A DNA stretch of 64,000 nt from a virus (taxonomy: Duplodnaviria > Heunggongvirae > Uroviricota > Caudoviricetes), in the IMG/VR virus record IMGVR_UViG_2850796239_000011, positions 1 to 64,000 of that record, one strand, 5' to 3'. Below are positions 30,701 to 39,793 of this stretch, piece after piece. How positions within the stretch are numbered: position 1 is the first letter of the stretch; each line of letters starts with the position of its first letter. The notes beneath the pieces are model-generated. The model was given only the letters and a program-made list of their open reading frames with translations, ran no database searches and was not told the origin of the DNA. Both the position numbers and the translations under genes were made by a program.

Positions 30701-32088
30701 AAGAAACGCTCCATCTTACTGCTGTCAGTTCGTTTATTACTGTATCTGCGCGGATTGCCGGGCTTCATGGGAGTGGAAAGCACCCGTGCACTTTCCTGGT
30801 CCACAGGCAGAAAATGTCCGTTATAAAAACGCCGGTAAATCGTTCCCAGAGAACCGTTACGTTGTTTCGTGATATTGATTTCTGCGATGCCCCTGGCCTG
30901 CGTATCCGGGTTGTACACTTCATCCCTGTAAAGCATCAGAATGATGTCTGCATCCGCCTCTATTTCTCCGGAATTTTTCAGGTCTGAGTTCATGGGACGT
31001 TTATTGGGTCTGGACTCCACACCGCGGGAGAGCTGGCTCAGCGCAATCAACGGAAAACCACCGGATTTTGCCAGGCCTTTAAGCCCCTTTGAGATTTCAC
31101 CCACGGCAAGGTCATGACGCCCCGTGGTTCGGGTTTTTATCAGCCCGAGATAATCAACCACCACCAGCGCCGTTTCCGGATGTTTAATCAGATGGTGTTT
31201 CGTTGTTGCGCATATCTCATCAATGGTCAGGTTCGCCTGGTCCACCATCCAGATATTGCGCCCGGTCATCCGCCCCACCCCTTGTGAGAAACGCGCCCAG
31301 TCTTCATCTTCAAAGTGAGCCACAGATTTCAGGCGTGATACTGGCATCCCTCCAGCCGCAGACACCATACGTTCACCAATCTGGATGTTCGCCATCTCCA
31401 TGGTGAACAGAAGCACACCATGCCCCTGCTCAGTCACCTTGTCGATGATGTCCAGCGCAAGTTCGGTTTTCCCCATCGAAGGACGAGCCGCAATAAATAC
31501 CAGGTCGCCGGGCTCCATGCCGCCTGTTTTTGCGTCCAGTTCATCAATACCGGTCATCAACGTCCTGGATTTCTCCAGTCCCTGATTCCGGCATTCAACA
31601 CGCTCAACCACCTCCGGAAGCACATCATCAATATGTACCGACTGAATAACGCCCTTTTCCGTCGACAATGAGGCCATCATGTTCTGTGCATCCTTAAGAG
31701 CATCTTCAGCTGCTTCACAGGTATGCGCATCGCGTAATTTCTGTAATGCCTCGTTCAGTGTTTTTTCTGCATCGCGCAGTGCGGCATTGCGCCGCAACGC
31801 TGCAACATAGTGCTCCAGTGAAGACTTCACCCAGGTTTTACGCCCGGTATCAGTAATCACCGGGGCAAGTTCTGGCATCTCATTGCACAACAGCACAGGA
31901 TCAATCACGCCGGACACACGGGCCTGTCTGCAGATGCCTGTGTAGATATCCCGGTACGGTCGTACAGAAAAAACGTCCGCCGGTAGTGTGGCCAGAATAT
32001 CCATCACTTCAGGATCTGCTCCGCGCAGAAAGAACGCGCCGATGACAGCGCCTTCAAGGTCATCGTTACGCCATACTGGAGTTGTCAT
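30697..32088 (-). CDS. Replicative DNA helicase (DnaB-like)
   Basis: 463 aa; Walker A 'ARPSMGKTELAL' and DnaB C-terminal motifs. Confidence 0.9.
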   Translation of the reverse strand: MTTPVWRNDDLEGAVIGAFFLRGADPEVMDILATLPADVFSVRPYRDIYTGICRQARVSGVIDPVLLCNEMPELAPVITDTGRKTWVKSSLEHYVAALRRNAALRDAEKTLNEALQKLRDAHTCEAAEDALKDAQNMMASLSTEKGVIQSVHIDDVLPEVVERVECRNQGLEKSRTLMTGIDELDAKTGGMEPGDLVFIAARPSMGKTELALDIIDKVTEQGHGVLLFTMEMANIQIGERMVSAAGGMPVSRLKSVAHFEDEDWARFSQGVGRMTGRNIWMVDQANLTIDEICATTKHHLIKHPETALVVVDYLGLIKTRTTGRHDLAVGEISKGLKGLAKSGGFPLIALSQLSRGVESRPNKRPMNSDLKNSGEIEADADIILMLYRDEVYNPDTQARGIAEINITKQRNGSLGTIYRRFYNGHFLPVDQESARVLSTPMKPGNPRRYSNKRTDSSKMERFF

Positions 32089-32972
32089 GCAGCCACACCT
32101 CTGATACGAGAACGGTAACTGGGCCAGTTAAACGACAACCAGTTGCGTCCCCCGTCTGTGATCCTGTCGGCAATTCGGGGACTGATGAACGCCCACAACT
32201 CTTCCGGTGAGAGGTTACTGATCAGAATGGTGGGCAAGATACTTTCGTACCTGGCGTTGATAATTTCCTGCAAAATAGCCATTTCAGCCGCGCTGCCAAA
32301 CTGAACGCCAACTTCGTCGATGATCAGCAAATCCATTGACGCATAACGCTCAATAACTTCATCCGCTGTTTTTTCGCTGTCATTCCGCCAGCAATTTTTC
32401 ACAGCACGGGTAAGGCGCATCACGTCGGTGATCTCCACACTGGCCAGATAGTTACGGATGATGTGTTTTGCCATAGCCACAGCCAGATGATTTTTTCCGG
32501 TACCACAACTGCCGGTCATAACAAGACTGGTACCGTTCTCCAGCATATCTGGCCAGTTCTCCGCATAGCGGCGACAGGCCGCAAGATTTCTGGCTGCGTC
32601 AGGATTAACCTCCAGATAATTATCAAACTCGCAGTCCCGAAAACGCAGGGCAATTCCGGCGTTATCAGTCAGCTCTTCCGCCTTGATGGACGACAGCTCC
32701 ATGGTCAAATCGTTGGCCTCAGCGATTAAGCAGTCAGGGCAGCATGAAATTTTTTCTCTGTCCTCGCCATTACGATCGCTCCACACCAGTATATGCGTGT
32801 GATATTCGCCATGTTTTTCGCAATATCCGCGACCTTCACGCATCAGGCAGGAACGATAAGGCCATGGCTTTTCGCCCTTCTGAGCAAATGCAATCTCTGC
32901 CCGTAACTCATCCATTCGCGCCTGTAGTCTTTTTTGTTGTTCACGCAGGTTAAACGTCATCATCGCTGTCAC
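32085..32972 (-). CDS. Helicase loader / replication protein (DnaC/IstB-like ATPase)
   Basis: 295 aa; Walker A 'GSCGTGKNHLAVAMA'; upstream of the helicase gene. Confidence 0.8.
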   Translation of the reverse strand: MTAMMTFNLREQQKRLQARMDELRAEIAFAQKGEKPWPYRSCLMREGRGYCEKHGEYHTHILVWSDRNGEDREKISCCPDCLIAEANDLTMELSSIKAEELTDNAGIALRFRDCEFDNYLEVNPDAARNLAACRRYAENWPDMLENGTSLVMTGSCGTGKNHLAVAMAKHIIRNYLASVEITDVMRLTRAVKNCWRNDSEKTADEVIERYASMDLLIIDEVGVQFGSAAEMAILQEIINARYESILPTILISNLSPEELWAFISPRIADRITDGGRNWLSFNWPSYRSRIRGVAA

Positions 32973-32973
32973 C

Positions 32974-33888
32974 TCAGAATGTCAGTTTGTCACTGGATTT
33001 ACCGAATTTGTCAGACATGGCTCCCAGGCCAGCCAGGACATCGACCTGTCGCTGTCGCCCACCTCCGGGAGCGGCTGGCTGTTGCCAGAAGTCTTCGAAG
33101 TGACGATCGGGTCCAAAGAACGTCGCTGCCTGCTTCACGAACTGTGTGCCGTTATTTCCTGTGGCACGTATCCAGGCGGCATACCGCTTCACGCCATCAA
33201 GCATGGTCTCCGGTTTTATTCCCTCCCTGATACGGGCTTTCCAGGCTTTGAAGGCTGCGGATTTTGAGTTACCACCAGCACGTTTTGGATATTCCTGCCA
33301 GGCCTGTTCAAATTCCGGTGAATATTCCTGTCGGGCAGAACGCGCTGGTGCAGACGCGTCAGCGGATGCGCCAATAGTGTTTTTACTCTCTGTAGTATTC
33401 TCTGAAGTAATCTCTGTTGTATTCTCTGTAAGATCGAAATTGGTTTTCCCTTCTCCGCGGCGAGGGGTTTCCCGTGTCCGCGGTGAAGGCTTTCCCTCCT
33501 CCGCGAAATTGGGTTTTACAGTTTCCCGAAAACGGGTTTCCCCATTTCGGGAAAACTGATTGTTTTCATTGATAATTTCATTAAGGCGCTCACAATCTAT
33601 ACGGTAGAACATTTTGTGCTCAAGACGCTTGTTGGTTTCAACCAAAATGCCTCTGGACACAAGATGCTTACGCGCTACAGCCTGTTGTTCAAATGTAAGT
33701 CCGGTTTCGTGTTGTATCTCTTCACGCGTTTTATGTACGCCTTCCGCTGCATGTGCTTTATCCTGCCAGTAAAAAATCTGACCAAAGAAAATAACAGCGT
33801 GCGGACTTCCCATGTATTTAACGAGCCCAGGGTAATAAGCAACCGGATGTCCAAAATCGAGCAGAAGATCAGACGGACGCATAGCCAC
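32974..33888 (-). CDS. Replication initiator (O-like) containing the origin iterons
   Basis: 304 aa; position before the loader and helicase; central region encoded by direct repeats. Confidence 0.75.
   Translation of the reverse strand: MAMRPSDLLLDFGHPVAYYPGLVKYMGSPHAVIFFGQIFYWQDKAHAAEGVHKTREEIQHETGLTFEQQAVARKHLVSRGILVETNKRLEHKMFYRIDCERLNEIINENNQFSRNGETRFRETVKPNFAEEGKPSPRTRETPRRGEGKTNFDLTENTTEITSENTTESKNTIGASADASAPARSARQEYSPEFEQAWQEYPKRAGGNSKSAAFKAWKARIREGIKPETMLDGVKRYAAWIRATGNNGTQFVKQAATFFGPDRHFEDFWQQPAAPGGGRQRQVDVLAGLGAMSDKFGKSSDKLTF
33386..33550. repeat. Origin-like iterons inside the initiator gene
   Basis: Four copies of 'T(A/C/T)TCTCTG' spaced 11 bp (33386-33426), then five copies of 'GG(G/C)TTTCCC'-type repeats (33440-33550). 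Confidence 0.55.
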
Positions 33889-34102
33889 CTCCCAGGCGTT
33901 TAAACATTTTTCCGGACTGAAACGCCACCAGCGGATAACTCAGGGTATGAGTACGTCCCTGAACCTGGCAGACAACCTTCTGGCTTTCTGTATTGACCAG
34001 GCAAACCCGCAGAACGTGGCCGTTGCTGGTGGTGAACCACTGCCCCACTCGGGGGCAACGGTTGTATCGGTGATACAGGGAATTAACGATGCGGCGAATC
34101 AT
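33869..34102 (-). CDS. Hypothetical small protein
   Basis: 77-aa ORF between the Rha and initiator genes. Confidence 0.35.
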   Translation of the reverse strand: MIRRIVNSLYHRYNRCPRVGQWFTTSNGHVLRVCLVNTESQKVVCQVQGRTHTLSYPLVAFQSGKMFKRLGGGYASV

Positions 34103-34662
34103 GGACGCACCTCCTTGTCAGAACCATTCAGCCTGGAATCAACAAGTGCAGCACCAAAAACAGCATCACCTACACGGTCGTACAGTTTGCTGGCCAGCGG
34201 AGATTCAACAGCCTTAAGCATTGGGTAAAGCTGGCTTGTCCAGATTTGATGGATTTCACGCAAATGCAGGTATACGCCTCTGGCGTTTTGTGCGACAGAT
34301 GACATGTCAGCCGCACCAGCTCCTGATAAGCTCCTCTCCATCTGGTTAAAGGCATTGATGTATGCCTCTTTGAACCGGGCGGCACGTTTACCAGTGAAGC
34401 CCATAGCAAGGAAGGCGAAGCCGTCGCGGGTGATTTGGTAGCAGGGAAGTTTGCGAGTACCGCCGTTGGGCTGGCGTACCAAAATTGATGTCTCCGCAAA
34501 ATTGCGGGCACAAAACTCTGGAGAACAATCCAAAATGCGGATCTTTTTCAGAACATCGTCATGACGTTTAGAGAAGAAGTTGGCAACAGCCAGGGATGAA
34601 GTAACAGCCTGACCATCAACGATGGCAATTTCAGGTTGAGTGAGGGTTGGGATCGTAGCCAT
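34099..34662 (-). CDS. Rha-family phage regulatory protein
   Basis: Only the C-terminal 187 codons of the 620-aa ORF look genuine ('MATIPTL...LAVANFFSKRHDDVLKKIRIL'); ATG at 34660-34662. Confidence 0.65.
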   Translation of the reverse strand: MATIPTLTQPEIAIVDGQAVTSSLAVANFFSKRHDDVLKKIRILDCSPEFCARNFAETSILVRQPNGGTRKLPCYQITRDGFAFLAMGFTGKRAARFKEAYINAFNQMERSLSGAGAADMSSVAQNARGVYLHLREIHQIWTSQLYPMLKAVESPLASKLYDRVGDAVFGAALVDSRLNGSDKEVRP

Positions 34663-35016
34663 GATGGCAGCCTCTTTGGTGATTTTTAATAACTCACCAC
34701 CAAAGCTTCTCACGGCAATAGGTGGTGAGACGTACAGGGGTGAGAAACCGGTCACCAAAGAACCCGGCCCAACCGAAGTTGGCCCTGCACGCCCCACCAT
34801 AATTTGGGCGTAATGCTGCTCATGACACAAAAAAACCGCAAGAGCGCGGTTGTGCGCTTTGGTGAATTCCGGGTTCTCACGCCCGGCACCCGCTTTATAA
34901 GGTGCGGAGACAGTGTAACGTCCCGAAATTGCAGAATCAATATCAAAATGTTGTAGCTGTGGACAACGCGAAGCCTTGTTGTTATTGTTTACAACAAGAA
35001 CCAGAGGAAGCTTTAA

Positions 35017-35304
35017 ATGCCATCCAGACTGTATAAACAGTTCATCCGTCATCTCGGTGAATCTGAATACATACGAATCCGCATATGGGAAGTGGAGCCT
35101 GCTGTATTGGGTAGCCAGCACAACTACAAATACAGCATGGCTTATGTCGTTGATGGCATGTGTGTGATGCGTTACGACAACGAACGGGGTAAAGGCGATC
35201 ACAAACACATTGGTAGTCAGGAAGTCAGCACCAGCTTTGTCACCATTGAACAACTGCTCGCTGATTTTCTGGCTGACGTTGAATCCATCCGCAGAGGTAT
35301 CTGA
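35017..35304 (+). CDS. Putative toxin-like protein (DUF6516/TumE-like motif)
   Basis: 95 aa; RBS GAGGA 8 nt upstream; motif 'MRYDNERGKGDHKHIG'; stop 1 nt before the next start. Confidence 0.55.
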   Translation: MPSRLYKQFIRHLGESEYIRIRIWEVEPAVLGSQHNYKYSMAYVVDGMCVMRYDNERGKGDHKHIGSQEVSTSFVTIEQLLADFLADVESIRRGI

Positions 35305-35305
35305 C

Positions 35306-35665
35306 ATGAGAACCGTAACAATCCGAATCGAGTCAATGGATAATTTCACGGCTGATGTGCTGTCTGCGTTCCAGGAAGCAGCTACCGGAGCAAAAGCAAC
35401 CAGAGAAAACGTTATTTCATTTCCTGACTGGCAAATGATGCATAAGGTACTGACACCAAAACGCATGGACATTCTGATGGCAATGACTGGTGCCGGAGAA
35501 ATGTCCATCCGAAAAATTGCAGCCCTGGTTGGACGTGATGTAAAAAGCGTGCATACTGACGTGACCGCACTCATCAGCAACGGTTTACTGGAAAAAAGCG
35601 AGCGCGGAACGTCATTCCCGTATGACGACATCCACTTTGATTTTACGCTGGGCAAGGCGGCGTAA
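35306..35665 (+). CDS. Putative winged-HTH DNA-binding partner (antitoxin-like)
   Basis: 119 aa from ATG at 35306; MarR-like wHTH segment 'LTPKRMDILMAMTGAGEMSIRKIAALVGRDVKSVHTDVTALISNGLLEKSE'. Confidence 0.55.
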   Translation: MRTVTIRIESMDNFTADVLSAFQEAATGAKATRENVISFPDWQMMHKVLTPKRMDILMAMTGAGEMSIRKIAALVGRDVKSVHTDVTALISNGLLEKSERGTSFPYDDIHFDFTLGKAA

Positions 35666-35882
35666 TTTTTCGTATATACCGTGCCGTCATTCCGGCGGCG
35701 CTTCACACTCCACAAAATCACGCCTGAACAACCACAACGGGCTGAAACATTCATATGGATAACCATCACGCAGATAAATAACCCGCTGTGTTTCAGGCTC
35801 CCAGCGTATAACGTGGACGCGGCGCCCTCTGCCATCACGGAACCAGCGATTGAGGACTTGCATAAATTACCCGTAAACATCG

Positions 35883-36596
35883 TCACACCTGCCAGCCAGT
35901 AGCCTGAAACAGGCCCATTCTCGGGTGATACCAGCGGGTACCACGCTGAACGGCACCACACATCATGTGATGAAACGCCTTCAGAAACGGTTCCACAGCA
36001 ACAATTTCACGACGTGCCAGTAATCCATCTGGCGTCAAAAATTCATGAGTGTCTGTCGGGATGTTGTATGCATTTACAAGCGTGCGACATTTCGCATCTG
36101 ACATACCGGTTTTTGCTTTCAGCTGGCGATATCCGGCATAGCCCTCACGAATGGTACCCTTTTTGATTTGCTCAACTGTTTCGGCAACATGGCTGACTTT
36201 TTCTTCCACCTGAGTGATCCGTTTCTGCTGGCGAACGGCTTCAAGAGCCATCGCGGCAACCATTTCGATTTCGCTCATTGGCTTACGGATCTGTTCTTCC
36301 AGTTCGCGCCAGCGATCTACCAGGCGAGCAGTGAATTCAGGACAGAGCTGTGCGACGACAATGATACTGTCGCGCTTACCTTGTTCTCCTTCAAACAGGT
36401 AATGCTCATATTGAACTTTAAAACCTAAGTTATTGATTCTTTCGGAAACCTCAATTTGAGGAGACCGGACAACGCCACCTTTGGCTAATGTTTCAATAGT
36501 GCGTTTCACATTGTCATGACGCTTACCCACCAGTTCTGCGATCTCAACGCTGGTCATGGATGCTTTGTCGTTAAAAATTGCGGTGTTCACTGCCAT
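35883..36596 (-). CDS. Rha-family phage regulatory protein
   Basis: N-terminus 'MAVNTAIF...MTSVEIAELVGKRHDNVKRTIETL'; ORF trimmed to this Met. Confidence 0.75.
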   Translation of the reverse strand: MAVNTAIFNDKASMTSVEIAELVGKRHDNVKRTIETLAKGGVVRSPQIEVSERINNLGFKVQYEHYLFEGEQGKRDSIIVVAQLCPEFTARLVDRWRELEEQIRKPMSEIEMVAAMALEAVRQQKRITQVEEKVSHVAETVEQIKKGTIREGYAGYRQLKAKTGMSDAKCRTLVNAYNIPTDTHEFLTPDGLLARREIVAVEPFLKAFHHMMCGAVQRGTRWYHPRMGLFQATGWQV

Positions 36597-36709
36597 CTCC
36601 TTACGGATAAATTCTTTTAAGATTCCGCACATTCGTACTTGTTGGTGCCGAACCTTCCTTCAGTTATCCTTTTGATCCCTATAAACAAAAGAACCAAAGG
36701 AGGTTCGAC

Positions 36710-37003
36710 ATGAAAGTTCAGGCCGTTGGTTTATTCTGGTTTCGCGATGCTATTCAGTATCATGAGTTCAAAAAGATTTTTACTGATGCAGATGTGCTCT
36801 CCGACAGTTACACCTAGTGGAAACACGACGCTGAAAAATTGATTAAGCGTGTCGAAAGAAGCGGGCAACGAGTTATTAAAGTTGAAGCGGATACAACCGA
36901 GTTCATCACCTGGTGTACAAGCGAAGGCATTGGACTCAATGCCAAAGGTAGAATGCAGTTCGCATCCTTTAAGGCTTACCAACAACTTCTCAGCGAACGC
37001 TAA
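36710..37003 (+). pseudogene. Small ORF with strong SD interrupted by an in-frame TAG at codon 36
   Basis: AAGGAGG 6 nt before ATG at 36710; 35 codons, TAG at 36815-36817, then 61 more in-frame codons to TAA at 37001; Lys/Glu-rich protein-like composition. Confidence 0.35.
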
Positions 37004-37073
37004 TGTGATTGGGGCAATCGAAATGGTTGCCCCATCGTATTTAATAGTTATTTTTTCGCTCATATCACCACCA

Positions 37074-37283
37074 TCACTTCTCATCCTCTGTGTGCGCTAA
37101 GCTTGGATGTGTATATGGAATGTTCGGATCCAGATGGCAGAGAATGGCAACATCCTCCGGAACGCCCCGCGTTTTCCACTTTCCAACTCCCTGACTACCA
37201 CGAGGCTTTCCTTTCTTTGGAAACCTGCGGCCAATAGCGGCATTGGTTTTAAATTGAGTTTTTAATATTTCATAAAGGGTCAT
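37074..37283 (-). CDS. Cro-like early regulator (putative)
   Basis: 69-aa ORF divergent from cI with ~110-bp operator-like intergenic region; assignment by position. Confidence 0.45.
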   Translation of the reverse strand: MTLYEILKTQFKTNAAIGRRFPKKGKPRGSQGVGKWKTRGVPEDVAILCHLDPNIPYTHPSLAHTEDEK

Positions 37284-37394
37284 TCTTTAGCCTCACACCG
37301 GATACTCTGTTATCCAAGAATGTTAAACATGAGAATCCAAAGTATCAAGATATTCTGTTACTTTAGTATCAGCAGCCATGAAAGGAGAAGAAAA
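37284..37394. promoter_or_regulatory. Immunity-region operator/promoter region (PR/PRM-like)
   Basis: Minus strand TTGATA-N17-TAACAT toward cro; repeated 'AGTATCA'/'ACTTTAGT' motifs; plus-strand RBS AAAGGAG before cI. Confidence 0.4.
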
Positions 37395-38051
37395 ATGAAA
37401 TCTTTAGGTGAACGCCTAATCAACGCACGACAAAAAGCTGGGTTAACGCAAGATGCGTTGGCTAAAAAAGCAGGGGTCACCAGAGTTGCAATCAGTAAAG
37501 CCGAGCAAGGCCTTACAAAAAGTTTCAACGGTGACACCCTTTTTAAAGTCGCAGCTGCACTGCAGTGTTCACCGCAGTGGCTTCAGAACGGAGATGAGAA
37601 AGGTAAGCATTGGGAAAATAATGTTAAGAGTTGCCCCCAGAGGGACACAGCACACTCTTACCCTGTAATTAACTGGGTTCAGGCAGGATTATTCACAACT
37701 GCAGGTGATGACTACAACATGTATGATCAGGATAACTGGAGGCATTCTGTAAAATACGCTGGTGAGAGGGGGTTCTGGCTGGAAGTGCACGGAGACTCAA
37801 TGACTTCGCCTATAGGAATAACATTTCCTGAAGGAATGTCGATCCTTGTCAACCCAGATAAAGAAGTTTTTTCAGGGTGTTACGTCATTGCCAGAAAAAA
37901 ATCCACCAATGAAGCAACATTCAAAAAATATATTTCTGAAATGGGAAAGGCGTTTCTAAAGCCCCTTAATCCACAATACCCAATCATAGAAATGGACAAT
38001 GATTGCGAAATAGTAGGCGTTGTGGTTGATGCCAGATGGGATATTTTCTGA
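37395..38051 (+). CDS. cI: CI-like repressor (HTH-XRE + S24 LexA-like peptidase domain)
   Basis: N-terminal HTH ('LTQDALAKKAGVTRVAISKAEQG'), C-terminal S24-like domain with 'HGDSM'. Confidence 0.85.
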   Translation: MKSLGERLINARQKAGLTQDALAKKAGVTRVAISKAEQGLTKSFNGDTLFKVAAALQCSPQWLQNGDEKGKHWENNVKSCPQRDTAHSYPVINWVQAGLFTTAGDDYNMYDQDNWRHSVKYAGERGFWLEVHGDSMTSPIGITFPEGMSILVNPDKEVFSGCYVIARKKSTNEATFKKYISEMGKAFLKPLNPQYPIIEMDNDCEIVGVVVDARWDIF

Positions 38052-38078
38052 CCAGATACAAAATACAAAAAGAAACCT

Positions 38079-38122
38079 AAGTATCAAAAACACTTGCAAC
38101 ACCTTGATACTTTAGTTACCAT
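38079..38122 (+). promoter_or_regulatory. Candidate PL/OL: inverted repeat overlapping a sigma70-like promoter
   Basis: 'AAGTATCAA'-N16-'TTGATACTT' inverted repeat (38079-38112); TTGCAA-N17-TACCAT oriented toward the 38154 gene. Confidence 0.35.
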
Positions 38123-38153
38123 AAAACAAAGTTCGTAACTGAGGTATCATCTC

Positions 38154-38603
38154 ATGATCAATAAAGCTACAACTCTTGACTGTCTCGAAGAACTGAAAAA
38201 CCTCGGCAGCCTCATTACACTAATAGCAAAAGCAACGGCAGATGCTACGCTCTCTAGCGATATAGAGTCATGCGCAGGACTGGCATGGGATATGACAAAT
38301 AGCATATCCAGAAAGCTATCGTCAGCAATGCTTTTACAGAACAAAAATTCTGCAATCAACAACCGCCTTCGCACCCAACGCGAAGCCTGCGGCTTAACAA
38401 CAGCCGAACTCGCCAGGCTGCTCGATCTCGATGAAGAAATTATCATCCAGTGGGAGAGCGGAGAGTATGAACCAACTATCAGTATGCTTATCCCACTGGC
38501 AAATATTCTTGGCTGCGATCCGATGTGGCTGTTAACTGGTGAGGTTACTCCTCCGGAGCAACCAAAAAGTGAGGAGCAGCAACACCATGACGCATCTCAA
38601 TAA
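38154..38603 (+). CDS. HTH-XRE domain protein, first gene of early-left operon
   Basis: 149 aa; C-terminal HTH 'LTTAELARLLDLDEEIIIQWESGEYEPT'. Confidence 0.55.
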   Translation: MINKATTLDCLEELKNLGSLITLIAKATADATLSSDIESCAGLAWDMTNSISRKLSSAMLLQNKNSAINNRLRTQREACGLTTAELARLLDLDEEIIIQWESGEYEPTISMLIPLANILGCDPMWLLTGEVTPPEQPKSEEQQHHDASQ

Positions 38604-38785
38604 GTTTGCCCCTTATCTCGCGAAGCTCTTCTACGGAAGAACCAATACCAATGGTGACATAATCGCCGCTTCGGCCCTCAAGGTACATGCGAACATTTTT
38701 ATCAATCATTGCGGAAACAGTCTCAATATGAAAACACTTCTGAGACTCGCTATATAGCAGAACATATAAGTCAGCTGAGGAAGCC

Positions 38786-39151
38786 ATGAAAAAGTTCGAA
38801 AACATAACTGTTCTCCATGTTGATGACTTTGATTATACAAACCCGGAACTTCTCCCGGAGGTTGTAAAGGCAATAGATGTTGCCGATATAGTGATTAGAG
38901 GAAAGAGAATTGTCAAAAACAGGCTCGCATGCACTTCAGGAGCAATGACAGAAACAACCTCACAGCAAGATAATTACGAAGGCATTTGTCTGGAGCCTGA
39001 TTCATTTGCGGTAAATGTTTATCATTTATTGCATGCAACACAGGTATTACATATGTCCAGTAACCTCGTAACGAAAGCACTTGGCAGCGATATTCTGGAC
39101 TTTGCATGTGAGTATTCAAAAGCTGCTGCCGAAAAAGAATTAGCGCAATAA
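38786..39151 (+). CDS. Hypothetical protein
   Basis: 121-aa ORF with RBS GAGGAAG upstream of ATG 38786. Confidence 0.4.
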   Translation: MKKFENITVLHVDDFDYTNPELLPEVVKAIDVADIVIRGKRIVKNRLACTSGAMTETTSQQDNYEGICLEPDSFAVNVYHLLHATQVLHMSSNLVTKALGSDILDFACEYSKAAAEKELAQ

Positions 39152-39346
39152 CAACAAATATGCCCTGAACGTTTATTGCGGTTTTATCACCGGGGATTGT
39201 TACAACCTTAATCCACAGGAGGCTTTATTATGACTTTTATAAAGAATATGGCATCACACAAGACCGCCAGCCTTATTGCACAATACGGTGAAAATTACAT
39301 GCATATTGCCTGCTTATTTCTGCGTAAAGCATACGGGAAATAACAA

Positions 39347-39706
39347 ATGACACATGAACCCATTAATACATATCGTCGCCGTATAGCTGTTGCGGCACTC
39401 CATCGAATAAAACGTAAAACAGGTGGTGATCTGCTTATTGTTGACCTTCTGGATGGGAACATTACGACCATAGAAATAACAGAACAGTTTATAAACCAGT
39501 TGCTGTTGCGCTTTGAAGGTATTACCCGTGGTGAATTGGGTCGAGTGGAGGGTGAAACAGAAATCCGAACTGCATACCAGAATGCTATCGGGATTAATCA
39601 ACATACTGAATACCAGGCTGAAACCGGAAAGTTAATTATAGACAACCTTTTACAAGAGGTTATTGATTACGCGAAAGAAAAATATATCAGAGGAGGAATT
39701 AACTGA
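39347..39706 (+). CDS. Hypothetical protein
   Basis: 119-aa ORF; no family recognised. Confidence 0.35.
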   Translation: MTHEPINTYRRRIAVAALHRIKRKTGGDLLIVDLLDGNITTIEITEQFINQLLLRFEGITRGELGRVEGETEIRTAYQNAIGINQHTEYQAETGKLIIDNLLQEVIDYAKEKYIRGGIN

Positions 39707-39793
39707 TGGCTAATTTATCCCCTGTATCTGTTGTGCACGAAAAAGTGCAGTGAGGTGTACTGGCAATAGCGGACACTACCATTTGTTCTTTTT

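Noticed and set aside
34663-35961. N-terminal ~430 codons of the 620-aa minus-strand ORF
   Set aside because: Only the C-terminal 187 aa is Rha-like; the rest is Cys/Trp-rich and runs antisense through the well-formed plus-strand gene pair with RBSs and coupling
36731-37084. 117-aa minus-strand ORF
   Set aside because: Overlaps the plus-strand SD-preceded ORF; Phe/Leu/Ser-rich antisense-like composition; kept only as an alternative
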